From: Thalia democratica
Lineage: Eukaryota
NCBI GenBank assembly: GCA_965202585.1
Contig: OZ241826.1
Coordinates: forward strand, 70,928,001-70,992,000
DNA: 64,000 nt
Direction: 5' to 3'
Part shown: positions 52,814-64,000 of the stretch, one piece after another
Layout: every line of letters begins with the position of its first letter
Position numbering within the stretch: the first letter of the stretch is position 1
Notes under the pieces: model-generated
Told to the model about the DNA's origin: nothing
The model's input: only the letters and a program-made list of their open reading frames with translations
Databases searched by the model: none
Position numbers and translations under genes: made by a program

Positions 52814-54376
52814 TTATTCCTTGTTCGACAAGCTACTTAGCAAATATTTATTGTATAATTTTAAATAATCAGATTTCCTCAGATAGTTCACAGAGTTATT
52901 TTGATCATAAAAGTTCGTCGTTTTCGGTTTTTTCATTTGTATCACATCAAGCCTTAACTTCTTCTGTTCTTCTAAAAAAGAAATCCTTTCGATCAAGCTC
53001 GTTATTTTCCTTCTGTCCAACTTTGCGCTGCTCAAGGATTGCCCCTTTCTAATGAAGGACTTTTTCTTGACACATTTTTCTAAAGTCACTTCGTTTTTGA
53101 AAATATCAGAGCTAAACGTTGGATGATTTAATTGTCCTGAATAACCAAGTCTTAATTTGCGGATCCTTGTTTTTTCTGTATGTCTTTGCTGGTCGAGCAA
53201 CAAATCTTGTCCACACGAGCTTTGACTTTCAAGCGTGATGAGCTTGCTTTTTAGAACATTTGGTTTGCTTTTGGGACGCTTTAACTTGCGTTTGTTTTCA
53301 TTTTTTGTAGTTTTATTATTTTTATTCGAGAATTGGTGGTTTCTGTTGTCGTCATTTATCACTGGATTTTCCCTTGCTTGAGATTTAGAAACTATAAACA
53401 TTTTTTCGTCTCTGTTACGTGTTTTGGGCTTTTGTTTCTTTACATAATCGTCAGAGTTGTTGCTGTCTACATTGTGCACCTTTGGAGTTTTTATAAACAC
53501 CTGAATTACAGGTTTGTTGACTTTATTACCACCGCTTACTTTCACATCAGCTTCCTTATCTTCAACATTTACATCGTTGTTTTCATTTACAAGCGTCTCA
53601 GAATTGCTGAACGACTTTGAATGTTTTGTGTTTTTTGAAATTGAACTGATTGTGCTTTTCTCATCTTTAAAAGAGCTTCTTTCAGCCAAAATTTTAGAGC
53701 TACTGTTATTCGGTTGACTAGTTTGGCTTATTTTAGCTCTTTTATCATTTCCACGAGCTGTTGTTGAAAACGACTTCAAGCTCATTCTTTTCGGTATCAT
53801 TTCAAGGTGTTTTTCGGTACTTTTTGGTATATGATACATGTTTGAAACTTGCGACTCGTCATAGATGTTTTTTCTTTTATTTTTCATTAAAAACTTCTGG
53901 CGTTCAGCTACTTTTTTGTTTAGCAAAAACGTATACCCGTAGTTTGTTGGAAACGGGAGTTTTTCATTAAGACTGGGTTTAGAGCTATATGTTTTCAGTG
54001 GCCTAAAACTGTTACCCTTTATATTAATATCGACCTTATTAAAGTTGTTTTGGGAGTTGTCATTAACTTTAAAAACGGGCAGGTAAGTAATATTTTTTCC
54101 TTCATGTTTTAAAAAGCCCTTGTTCCCATTGTGTAAATTGTTTACTTTACTGACATTTTTTATAGATTTTGTTTTCAAATAGCTGCTTGGGAACGGGTCG
54201 TTTAACTTTTCATTGACTTCATAGTTTGATACAACTGGTATACGAGGCAACGTGTTGCTATTTGCAGAACCTTCAATCAATCTTCTTTGTTTGCTTACTG
54301 TGTTTGCTACTTTTCTAAGCTGATTACTGTTTGTTTGCTTTAGTGAGCTAACTGTCATCGTATGTCGAAAGTCCAT
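52814..54376 (-). CDS. Intronless 520-aa K/N/S-rich protein of unknown function, probably largely disordered
   Basis: 1563-nt open frame in DNA where other frames close quickly; ACCATGG start context; basic clusters (KRKLKRPKSK); possible C-terminal coiled coil (ITSLIERISFLEEQKKLRL). No recognisable domain. Confidence 0.75.
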   Translation of the reverse strand: MDFRHTMTVSSLKQTNSNQLRKVANTVSKQRRLIEGSANSNTLPRIPVVSNYEVNEKLNDPFPSSYLKTKSIKNVSKVNNLHNGNKGFLKHEGKNITYLPVFKVNDNSQNNFNKVDINIKGNSFRPLKTYSSKPSLNEKLPFPTNYGYTFLLNKKVAERQKFLMKNKRKNIYDESQVSNMYHIPKSTEKHLEMIPKRMSLKSFSTTARGNDKRAKISQTSQPNNSSSKILAERSSFKDEKSTISSISKNTKHSKSFSNSETLVNENNDVNVEDKEADVKVSGGNKVNKPVIQVFIKTPKVHNVDSNNSDDYVKKQKPKTRNRDEKMFIVSKSQARENPVINDDNRNHQFSNKNNKTTKNENKRKLKRPKSKPNVLKSKLITLESQSSCGQDLLLDQQRHTEKTRIRKLRLGYSGQLNHPTFSSDIFKNEVTLEKCVKKKSFIRKGQSLSSAKLDRRKITSLIERISFLEEQKKLRLDVIQMKKPKTTNFYDQNNSVNYLRKSDYLKLYNKYLLSSLSNKE

Positions 54377-55266
54377 GGTAGTTATATTTAAATTATAAGC
54401 TTTAAAAAAGGTACATATGCTAACATTTTTAGCGACTATCTATTTACCGATATTTTTTGCTAAATAGGTATTAATAAAAAAGATACTTTGAACTTTAAAA
54501 AGTTTAAATAATTTAAAATCATTTTAATGAAACAATCTAGAATACTACTGTATAAAACACACCTAGTTAAAGTAAAAAACTACCTTAAATTTTTCTTTTT
54601 TACCAAACACATTTTTTCTCAAAAACAAAATAACCTTTATAAGGTATTAAAATTGTTCAAATGTAATTAATTACTTTATTCAAAAAATGAAGCTAACAAT
54701 TTAAATTATTTACACAACAAAAAAATATTTTTCACAGCTGCTGTTCACCATTTTTTTTCTAAATTTTTAATTTATGTCTGATTATAATATAACAGAGCAA
54801 TAACACCTAATTTACGGCATTATTTTACTCATTAGCAAAATTGAAAACTGTTTTCCATATTTTTAACGCTAAAAAAAATTATTTAGTTGATTTTTATCTT
54901 TAAAGGTCTTTGTTTGGTTTAACCTTTACTTAAAATATACATGGGTATTTAAACTTTGATAATCAAGCAAAAATCTGAAAGTAAAACAGTATTAAATAAT
55001 TAAACAGTAAAAACCACTTTAAATTAATACTAAAAAACGAAATCTAGTTTGTTTGGTAGTGTTCTTTCACCAAAAAAAAAGCTAGTATGTGATGATAATT
55101 TGTCTAAAATTTCAAAGTTCTTTTCTGTTTGTTTTGAATAGGCAATCGATGTCTGTTTTTGTTACGATACGTTAGCTTTAGAAAGATTTAAATTTTATAC
55201 AAGTGTGATTAAATTGAAATTATAATAAAAGTTATTGAAAAAAATTCAATGATAAAAAAGCAAGTA

Positions 55267-56255
55267 CAGTAATCTCTCGCTTATTTACGCACATTGTGTC
55301 CACAGAAAAAGTGCGTAAAGATACGAGAGATCGTAAAGATACGAGAGGTACCAAATATACTTACTACAATGGCTGTTTTTTGATATTGCTCCTAGTTAAA
55401 AGTAGATTGGGGACTTTTCAATTTTTAAAAATTTGTTAACTTTGTTTATAAGTATGAAAACAAAAGATAAAACTATAAATATATGCATCAAAAAAAAAGT
55501 ACTTAAATTTATACAAAACAATAATTCTGTAAAAAATTTTTACTAATTTTAATAATATTTAAATTTTATCTTTATCTTTATTTATATGTGACTTATTTAA
55601 TACTAAACATTTATATTCTATTCTACTTAGCAAATTCAATCTACAATTAAGCATTTGTTTACAATTAAGAAATGGTGTTGTGTCTTTTTTAAAGTTTGTT
55701 TCTATAGCCTTTTACAAAAATATGCATTTGGTGCTGTAATGGATTTCTTCTTTTGAACAAAAATATATAAAATATAAGAAAAATGTTTAATAAAAATTGT
55801 TTATGTTACTACAACTTTTTCTAATTTGAAGTTTGCCCACATTAGGATAAACTTGTCTTGCATTGTACTAAAGTTATATCAATGGATTGTTTGAATAGGA
55901 ATGAATTTTCATGCCATAAGAATTTGAGAAATTGAGTTTTTTTATTTATTAAATAAAAGGAGGGGTGTTAAGACATCTAAGCTATAAAGGTCAAAGCCAT
56001 AGAGTACAATAGGCTCCTTATGGAAGGAACAAACTAAAAATTCAAAAGTATTAATTAAATAAAAAATCATCACTGTGTTTTTCAACTTATTCACTTCAAA
56101 CTTTTTAAAAGTCTTTTGAGAATATACAATAAACCTAATTTGTGCAGTATTAAAAAAAATAAAAATTTCATTTTTGAGTTTTTTAGAATTCGAAAATGCG
56201 TAACTAAACGAGAGTGCGTAACGTCACGAGTGCGTAAAAATGCGAGAGGTTACTG
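55267..56255. mobile_element. Tc1/mariner-superfamily (pogo/Tigger-like) non-autonomous element
   Basis: TA|CAGTAATCTCTCGCTTATTTACGCAC ... GTGCGTAAAAATGCGAGAGGTTACTG|TA, with subterminal (GTGCGTAA...ACGAGAG) repeats. Carries a decayed Kolobok-like fragment near 55985-56040. Confidence 0.85.
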
Positions 56256-57056
56256 TATGGTGATAATATAATTAAGCAAGTTTTGTATACTTTACTTATT
56301 TACTTTACTTATCAACAAATTAAAGTTGGTTGAAAAACCACTCTTTTAAAAAATAAACTAAAAGTTAGTTAACAAACGAAAGATATCTTTCTAAAAAATA
56401 AACAAATAAAATAAAATAATCTGAAAACTCTACAGTAAGCAAAATTTTTTAGCATACCTTATTTGTGTAAAGACTAGAACTAAAAAAAAACTTTCTGATA
56501 ATTATACAATTGTATAAATTAACAACAACTTTTTAAACATTATGTTAAAAACATTGTGTTACCAAAATACCACTTGTTACAGAAACTACTTAAAATCATT
56601 TTTGCGTATTTTTTCTCTTCAGACTTGTTTGCTATCTACTCTTAGTGATTGACATAGAAATAAACAGTTTCAATTTGTAAAAACGTCACTGTTAGTACTA
56701 ACTATTTATTTAAAAAATCTTTACTTTTTATCAATTTAAGTAGGTAATAGTGATGTTTTTATGAATTGAAAACAATTTTTTTTTAACTAAGTTTTTATAT
56801 CAAATATTAAATATTGTTTTACCAAATCAAATAAAGAGGTTTTTTTCTTTTTATATAGTTTTATTTAAGATAAATTTGTAATTAAAGTCTTTATCAAATT
56901 TTATTTTGGAATTTTGGCTTATTTTTATTAAGATTTTGTATTTATTTAAATTTTTCTTATAGATAAACAGTAGTAAAACAGTATAAAAATGCATGTTCAA
57001 GTCTAGTAGTTGTAACTTTAAGTGCAATATCTACACTATCAGTAACCTAATACTAT

Positions 57057-57688
57057 TGTCCTGAAAAAGACGTTAAAATGTATTCGTGGTTTGCGACTCG
57101 ATAACCGAAAGGTTCTTCGTGCACCAGGTCATAGATCCAAATATTTTGGCCATTTTTTGTCGTTCAATAAACTAATAATATTTTTGTTTAAAGATATTAT
57201 ATTGTAAACAAGTTTAAGACAAAAAATTTTTGTTAGTTACAATTGTAACTTAATCTTATAACTAACTAAATGAAGTACTAAAGGGTTTTATAAACGGAAT
57301 TAGATTATTGAACTTGAATGTTTCCTTTAACCACAATGCATTCTTTAAAATACAGATGTTTTTTTTAGATATTACATTGAAAAGGTTTTGTGCTTAGTTA
57401 AACCGAAGTTAAGTAGTCTATCAAAGACTTCTTTATATAATATATTAATCAAAGATATTTTAATAAAGTTTTGTTTATTTTAGGTAAGAATTTTACTAAA
57501 CTTTTAGTTAGAAATACAAAATGATAGAAAATTTAAGAAAAAAAAAAAAAACTTAAGTAAGTAATGTTTGCTGAATGATAAAAAAGAAAGCGCTCAAAAT
57601 ATTCCGTTCTATGACCTAGTTTACGAAGGAACCTTTCGGTTATCGAGTCGTACACCATTTGGATACAGTGTAACGTCTTTCCAGGACA
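57057..57688. mobile_element. Complete element with ~112-bp long TIRs made of the AACC-GAAA-GGTT hairpin repeat
   Basis: 57057-57168 (TGTCCTGAAAAAGACGTT...GATAACCGAAAGGTTC...CGTTCAAT) and 57572-57688 (...GAACCTTTCGGTTATCGAGTCG...AACGTCTTTCCAGGACA) are inverted copies of each other. Confidence 0.75.
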
Positions 57689-60600
57689 AGCAAATATTTA
57701 TTTTGAAAACACTTATAGTCTAAGATCAAAGATCAAAAAAATATTTAATTTAACAAAAAATACTTAGTACTTGACAAAAAATAATAACTCAGTTTGAAAA
57801 AACAATAATAATAAAACTTTTTAAACAATAAGCGTTGCTAAAAATTTTGTTATAAAATTATTGTAGTTTGTTTAAAATTTTAATTTGTTTAATTTTTTGA
57901 TGTTGATAAAAGTTTGGGTGTTAAAAATACATACTAGCACAAATAATATAAAATGGTAAAATATTCTAAGAACATTTTAGTACCTACAATTTTGGAATTG
58001 TAAACTGATGACTAATGATAACGTTTCATTGAAAGTTTAAAAAAATCGGCAAACAAGTTAATAGAACTACTTGAAATAAATAGTCTATTGTTTTAAAAAG
58101 CTTGTGTTAAAATATTATTTAAAACTAGGGAGGGGCAACTTATCTAGTCGGTAGGCCAGAACAACTAGAAACTTTTCTTTTGAGGACAGGAACCGAGGAC
58201 AGAAGTCTAAACGGGTTGCGTACCTTGAAAAACTGTACCAGATGCGTTTCTAGGGTTTTTTCTTAATTCACAAGTTTTGCCTTTTCTATAATAGAGTATT
58301 TTCTATCGAAGATTTTTACAAAGCTCTTTAAAATCAAAGTAAAAATATACTATATTCATACACAAGCTGATTTTATAGTATAAATAAAAGTGAATTTTTC
58401 TAAAATTAATCTTTGACTATACAAATATTTTTTCATATATACTTTTAAAACAGTTTTTTTATTAGCTGTCAACCAGAGTTTTGTTATAAAACTAGCTGTT
58501 ATTGAATATCTATAGCTTAACTTTATCCGAAATAGTTTTTTATGTTAACTTGTTTGTAAACTTTTACATAAAGTTCGATCCTGTTTTACTATATATTTTA
58601 TTATTAAATGTACTTGTTCAAGAAATAGAAACTAACTAGATGTGCAAACTAAATTGACACTTTATTGGAAGTTTTAGAATGTATCATGAAAATTAACAAA
58701 CATAAATAAAACAATAGTAAGTAGTATTTTAATTAAAAAAGTTGGTATATCTCAGATTCAGCTAGAGAATGCAATATGAAGATCAATAAAAGATTTTTAA
58801 AACTCATAAATTTAAGGTTCGACACAATTTTTATAAACTTTGTTATTTCGAGAACTTTAAGCTTAACGTTTTTTGAAATAAAAGTATCTTTTGTTCATGA
58901 ATTTATTTAGTTTCAGTTAAATTTATCTACAAAACTTTAAATTTAACCATAAAAATTATTGGTTTTAGCATTAATCTGTAGCAGACATGGTAACATAACA
59001 AGCGTCGCAATTTAAATATATAGCTATCATAAAATACCCGACAGTAGGATTTTTAATCTCAAATGTAAATAAACTTTTATAAATAGTTATAATAATTAAT
59101 TTTTAATCTTAAGATAGGTTTTCTCATTCTGAAGATATCAAAATCAATTTAAGCTAAAATATTTTTAGTTTTATAATTTAAACCTGTGATTTTTTTTATA
59201 GCCACAAATTAATACTTTATAGTTATTTTTTTAATAGCTTTCAGCCTATACTTTATAACTCTCATTTGTGGACAAAGCATGCACAAAACAAAACTTATTT
59301 TTATATACTGTAAGGAAGAGACTAAATTATTTCTCTAAAAATGTTGTTTCTAATTTTTTTGATTAAATAAGATATTAAAACGTCTAAGTCTAATGTACCT
59401 CGAAAAACTTATGTACTTAACTTTATTAAAAAATAATACAAAAAATAATAATATTTAATAAATAATGATGTTGAATAAAAGGTTAAGTTACAAAATCAAA
59501 ATTGTAATTTAAAATTTTACTATTCTTTTTTTATAACTTTAAGCCAAAAATATTTAAGAAGAACTTCATTTTTGTTAATGAAAAAATAATAAAGTATTAT
59601 GTAAAAATATTATTATAAACTGTTTCAGTTTTACAATCAAGGTGTTAAAATATTTTTAGTACATTGTAAATTAAAACATTAGTCATTTAACATTTTAGTA
59701 AGTTTATAACAACAAAAGTAATAAAGATTAACTTAATTAATTTTATCCAATGTAAAATATATAAAAAAAAGTAGCTATATTTTGTAACTTAGCATTCTGG
59801 TTACTATGGCAATAAAACAGCTGTAATTAGTGGTTTTCAAATTTTACCATGCCTGATCTGTAGTATATATTAAATATAAAATGTTTTAAAAAGATAAAGC
59901 AACAAACTTAGTGAATGCTAGTAAATTTATTTAAGCAATTAAGCTTTTAAAAGTTATAAATTTATTATGACACCACAATGAATTCTTAATTTAAAATTGA
60001 AAAAGTTGATTGATGATAGCGCACCAAAAGATTATTAAACGATTTTTTTTTATGTTTCCTGTTTTGTGAATTCAAAAACTCAGTAAAAGGTATAAAAAAT
60101 CTTAAATAATATGTGAATTTTTTTGTAAAACTACGTTTAAAGTAAATTTTATTTTACAAGCTCCACAGAATTCAAGAAACCAGTCTAACTAAACACGGCA
60201 GCTTAACTGTATTACAAGAAAAATATTTTAACAAAATTACAATAAAAAGTTATTTAATAAGATCAACTGTATAGTATACAAAAAAATAAGTCAAAATACA
60301 TTTTATGTTATTTGTTAAAAAATGTTATATTTGTTTAATTAGGATAATATGTTTTAAAGCTAAAAATAGTTCGCATTATAGTTGCCAGATTCTTATGAGA
60401 TAATCTTCACGTAATTACTAGAGCATCAATTTCAAATTCTACAATAATATAAACTTTTATTCAGTATTCAAAATTTTTCGTTTCTGGATTTCTGACAACC
60501 CTGCTTCAAGGGGCATACGTTTCCTAAACCTCTATTTTAAACTAAAACAAAATATATATTTTTATTAAATATGTTTTTAAGTAAGTAGCTTATATTTTTT

Positions 60601-61224
60601 ATTTAAAGAATTAATTTTGAGTTTATAATCAGTTTGAAATTTGTATTCCTTTACAAAAATCTTATTCGTATACTTGCTTTAAGTTTCATAATTTTAGTTT
60701 GTTAGTAAAAAATTAAATTTTTATCCATGAAACACCACTAAATAAGTTATGAGATCTTAATCTTGTGTATATATTTACCCTTTTACCTTTATGTTTCACA
60801 CATTGGTATTACATTGCAAACTACAATCTTAACAACTAAAGAAATTCTGACGGACTATGGCATTATTTTAAGAAAACAAAGTTTGAAAGGTCTGAATTTT
60901 GAGTTGATTTGTGAAAAAATATTTAATTAAAGCTATAATTTTATAACTAAATGAACTATTAATTTTCTTAGCACATCTTACATTGCTACTATTTGATTAA
61001 CAAGCATTTTAACTGAAATCTTGTATAAACTATATAATATTGCCAACTGAATTAAAACAAAATTCATTCAAACATACTTGTGAGTTTTACTAAACTCAGT
61101 TTTTGAGTTAGTTTTGCAATTAGTTGTTTGATAAAGTGAATTTACATTTGAAGTTTAGAAGTAGCACTGTGCTACTATGCATCAGGTTCCAAGATAATAG
61201 CTGTTAACTCTGCTTTGCAGTGGG

Positions 61225-61645
61225 CAGGGTTGCCACACACTCAGGGAATTTTAAAGTTATAGAAAATCTAAGGGAAACTCAAGGAATTTTGATTCTTTTT
61301 TTTAACTCAAAGGAATCTCAAGGCAGTTTTGGTTTTTATTTTTTTAAATTTTCAGGGAAATTTTAAGATTTTTCTAAAAATCTCAGGAATTTTTTTTCTA
61401 AATCTAGAATGAGATTTAGTTAATCAAGTTTCAATATTTTATTCAACAAAATTAATTTTGTTATTTTTAAGTGCTTATTTAGAAATTTTTTAGACTTGCG
61501 GCTAGTTCTTCAATATTCTTAGAGTTTACATTGTAATTTTTTATAAATAATAACATTTTTAAGCAATTGAGAAAAGCTCAGGGAAACTCAGGGAAGTTTA
61601 AGGTTACTCAGGGAAGATTTTCTGACTCAAAGAGTGGCAACCCTG
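61225..61645. mobile_element. CAGGGTTGCC-ended MITE with CTCAGGGAA repeats
   Basis: TIRs CAGGGTTGCCAC / GTGGCAACCCTG; multiple CTCAGGGAA-like units near both ends. Confidence 0.85.
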
Positions 61646-62824
61646 AGTAGGGTCTTGAAAGAAAGAAAAATGTGAACTATCACAACTATGGTCAATGGAT
61701 TGGTGTGGAGAAAGACCTTTTGGTCATCAAGCCTCACACCTTATATGTGTTAATAACTTTGATAAGTTTTACTTAAAACTTTGACAAAATTTAATTTTAA
61801 GTGATGTATGATTTTTTTTAACATGAACTAATTAAAGAAATTAATTGCACTCTTTTTTAATACCATTACTGCCAATATTAACCATAAAAATCATAGTCTA
61901 CCATGGGCACCACACCGTCTCCTCCAAAAATTTTGATTTTTATGATCATGTACGTTCACATTTTTCTTGTTGCCCTCTCTACAAGAGTCTGGTATCTCTT
62001 AAAAAAATTATATATGGAAAAAAGCTATAGTTTTTGTTGTTGTTTTGTATGAAATATGGTCAACAGCTGTGTTTTTCAAACAAAAGAATAAACTGTTTTG
62101 TTTAAGATGTATATTATTTCTACTGATGAAGTTTTGTAATGTATTTAAAAGGTTTTTATTAGTGCAATTTTAGTTAAATCTAAGAGTGCACATTAGTAAG
62201 GAAAACTTCAATAAGGTAACAATCTATTGATATAAATAAAGAAGCTTCAAATTAAGTTTAATTATGTTTTATAAAACTTATCAAAGTAATTTTATTAAAC
62301 AAAAAGTTTAAGTCATGAGTTTAAAATCTATAATTCTGAAAGTAGTTTAACAGGAAAAATTAATTAGATAATATATAAACTCTTTATAGTTGAAATTACT
62401 AGGAAGTAAACTTAAGATATTTTTTATTTAGAAAAGGCTTCAAAAATAGTTTCTATCCTTAAATTTTTGACTTTTGTATAAAAACTTATGTTTGAAGGCT
62501 CAAGGGGGAATGGTAAAAGCATTATTTTACAAAGATTAAAAATTGGTTGTTGTATGAAAGCTTTAAGTATAAACTTTATGTCAAATTTTCTTCAACATAA
62601 AATTTCAAATAAGTATGAAATACAGTTATTCAAAGTATAAAGTTAATCGTTAAGGGTTAAAACAAAAATTTAAAAAACTAAAGAACAAAAATTTTATAAT
62701 AAAATTAAACTAATAAAATGTTTTTTGTATTTTTGTCATAAAATTTTAAGTATCTAATTTCTAAAAATCACTAAAAATTTCTTAATATATTTACTTCTGA
62801 CAGAACAACAGAACTTTCTTATTA

Positions 62825-62945
62825 TTGTAAGGAACACTTCCTATAAGTTTGAGGTAATTACCTCTACAAACGTAGGAGGAGATAGATTTTTAGTGATTTC
62901 TAGTTATTTGCTGTTTTAGTTTGCAATATCCTAAAAAATCCCTAT
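62825..62945. mobile_element. Fragment of the Kolobok-like right arm
   Basis: AAGGAACACTTCCT...TTTGAGGTA...AACGTAGGAGGAGATAGATTTTTAGTGA...GTTTTAGTTTGC matches 42823-42910. Confidence 0.75.
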
Positions 62946-64000
62946 AAATTATTATTTTTTTGCTTGGTGAATGAAATTTGAAAATCAAAACAACAGCACT
63001 GCAAGGTTTAAAAAAAAACATTAAAAATACAAATTTAAATACAAATTTGTAAGGAATAATTTAAATCAAAATATTTGTAATTTCAGTACAAAACTGTAAT
63101 TCTGTGAGGCCAACTAGCGGATAAAATGTTCCTTTTTTATTTTAAATGCAATTTATCTGAAGTTTGCTTAATTAATTATAATTATAATTCAAAAACCCAT
63201 GAACTTTTGTAAATTTCTTATTAAGACTACTGTGCTTATAAACTGTTAACAACATATTTTACTTTATGTACCTTAAAAATATGTTTGTAACATTTAAAAT
63301 TCTTTTTTTTGTAAATTTGCCTATGAATTGGTTATATTTTATTTATTTCCCAATAATTTTTTTTAAATTGTAGTGGGAACCCTGTATTTGCCCCTTCCAT
63401 AATAAGGAACCTATTGAACTCTCTGAATTTGTACCCTTTAATCTCAAAAAATAATATTAATATTTAAAAATGGTAAAAGACAACTTTTATATAAGTTAAA
63501 GATCAATTAAACAAGATAACAATTTAAAAAAAAATCTGCCTCCTCTATACCCTCAATCTTGAAAACTTTGTATTTTTGGTTAATGGAACTATCTGAAAAT
63601 AAACTAAATTTGGCAATTAAGTAATTTATAGTTGTAAACTAAGTTTCAAATATGTACATTTCCAAGGTTAGAAATAGTTCTAGATTAATTTTTCTTACTC
63701 TACTAATACAAGAATTTAAAAATTAAATGTTGTTTATTTTAATTATTTTTTAAGCCTGCTAGGTCTTTTAATGAGAATTATTTTCACATTAATAGTTTTA
63801 ATTTTTATAAAAGCTCAACAGATAAACTTTTTATAATTACTCTCTTTGTAATTAGTTATACTTAAGTTAGTATAGTGTTTTTGTATATTAGCTACTTTTA
63901 CTACTTCATTACAAGATAAATTTTTATTTAACTAACATAAAACATTAACCTTAGAAGTTGTCTGATTAAATATAAAGGTAACTTTTTACTTTAAAAATTA

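Overview
Very AT-rich eukaryotic (metazoan) genomic DNA with spliceosomal GT-AG introns; this is not a prokaryotic window. Deuterostome or tunicate-like origin is plausible but unproven. Manual exon joining gives four multi-exon genes. (1) The 5' half of a dual oxidase (DUOX; minus strand, 13 exons, runs off the left edge). (2) Its maturation factor DUOXA (plus strand, 7 exons, 390 aa), head-to-head with DUOX about 2.1 kb away. (3) A 10-exon, 572-aa secreted GH30-like (clan GH-A) protein whose catalytic motifs look degenerate. (4) An hnRNP U/U-like gene (SAP, acidic, SPRY, P-loop, RG/N/Q-rich tail; about 23 exons). A 520-aa intronless orphan ORF lies at 52.8-54.4 kb. Non-coding DNA is packed with decayed CR1/L2-type LINEs and non-autonomous DNA elements (Kolobok-like TTAA foldback, pogo/Tigger-like, hAT-like, CAGGGTTGCC-ended MITEs, and a family with an AACC-GAAA-GGTT hairpin). 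The most interesting points are the probable pseudo-glycosidase, the partly retained heme-site residues of the DUOX peroxidase domain, and an hnRNP U SPRY exon flanked by a stop-containing alternative acceptor and a diverged copy of its own 3' end. No rRNA, tRNA or CRISPR array was recognised.
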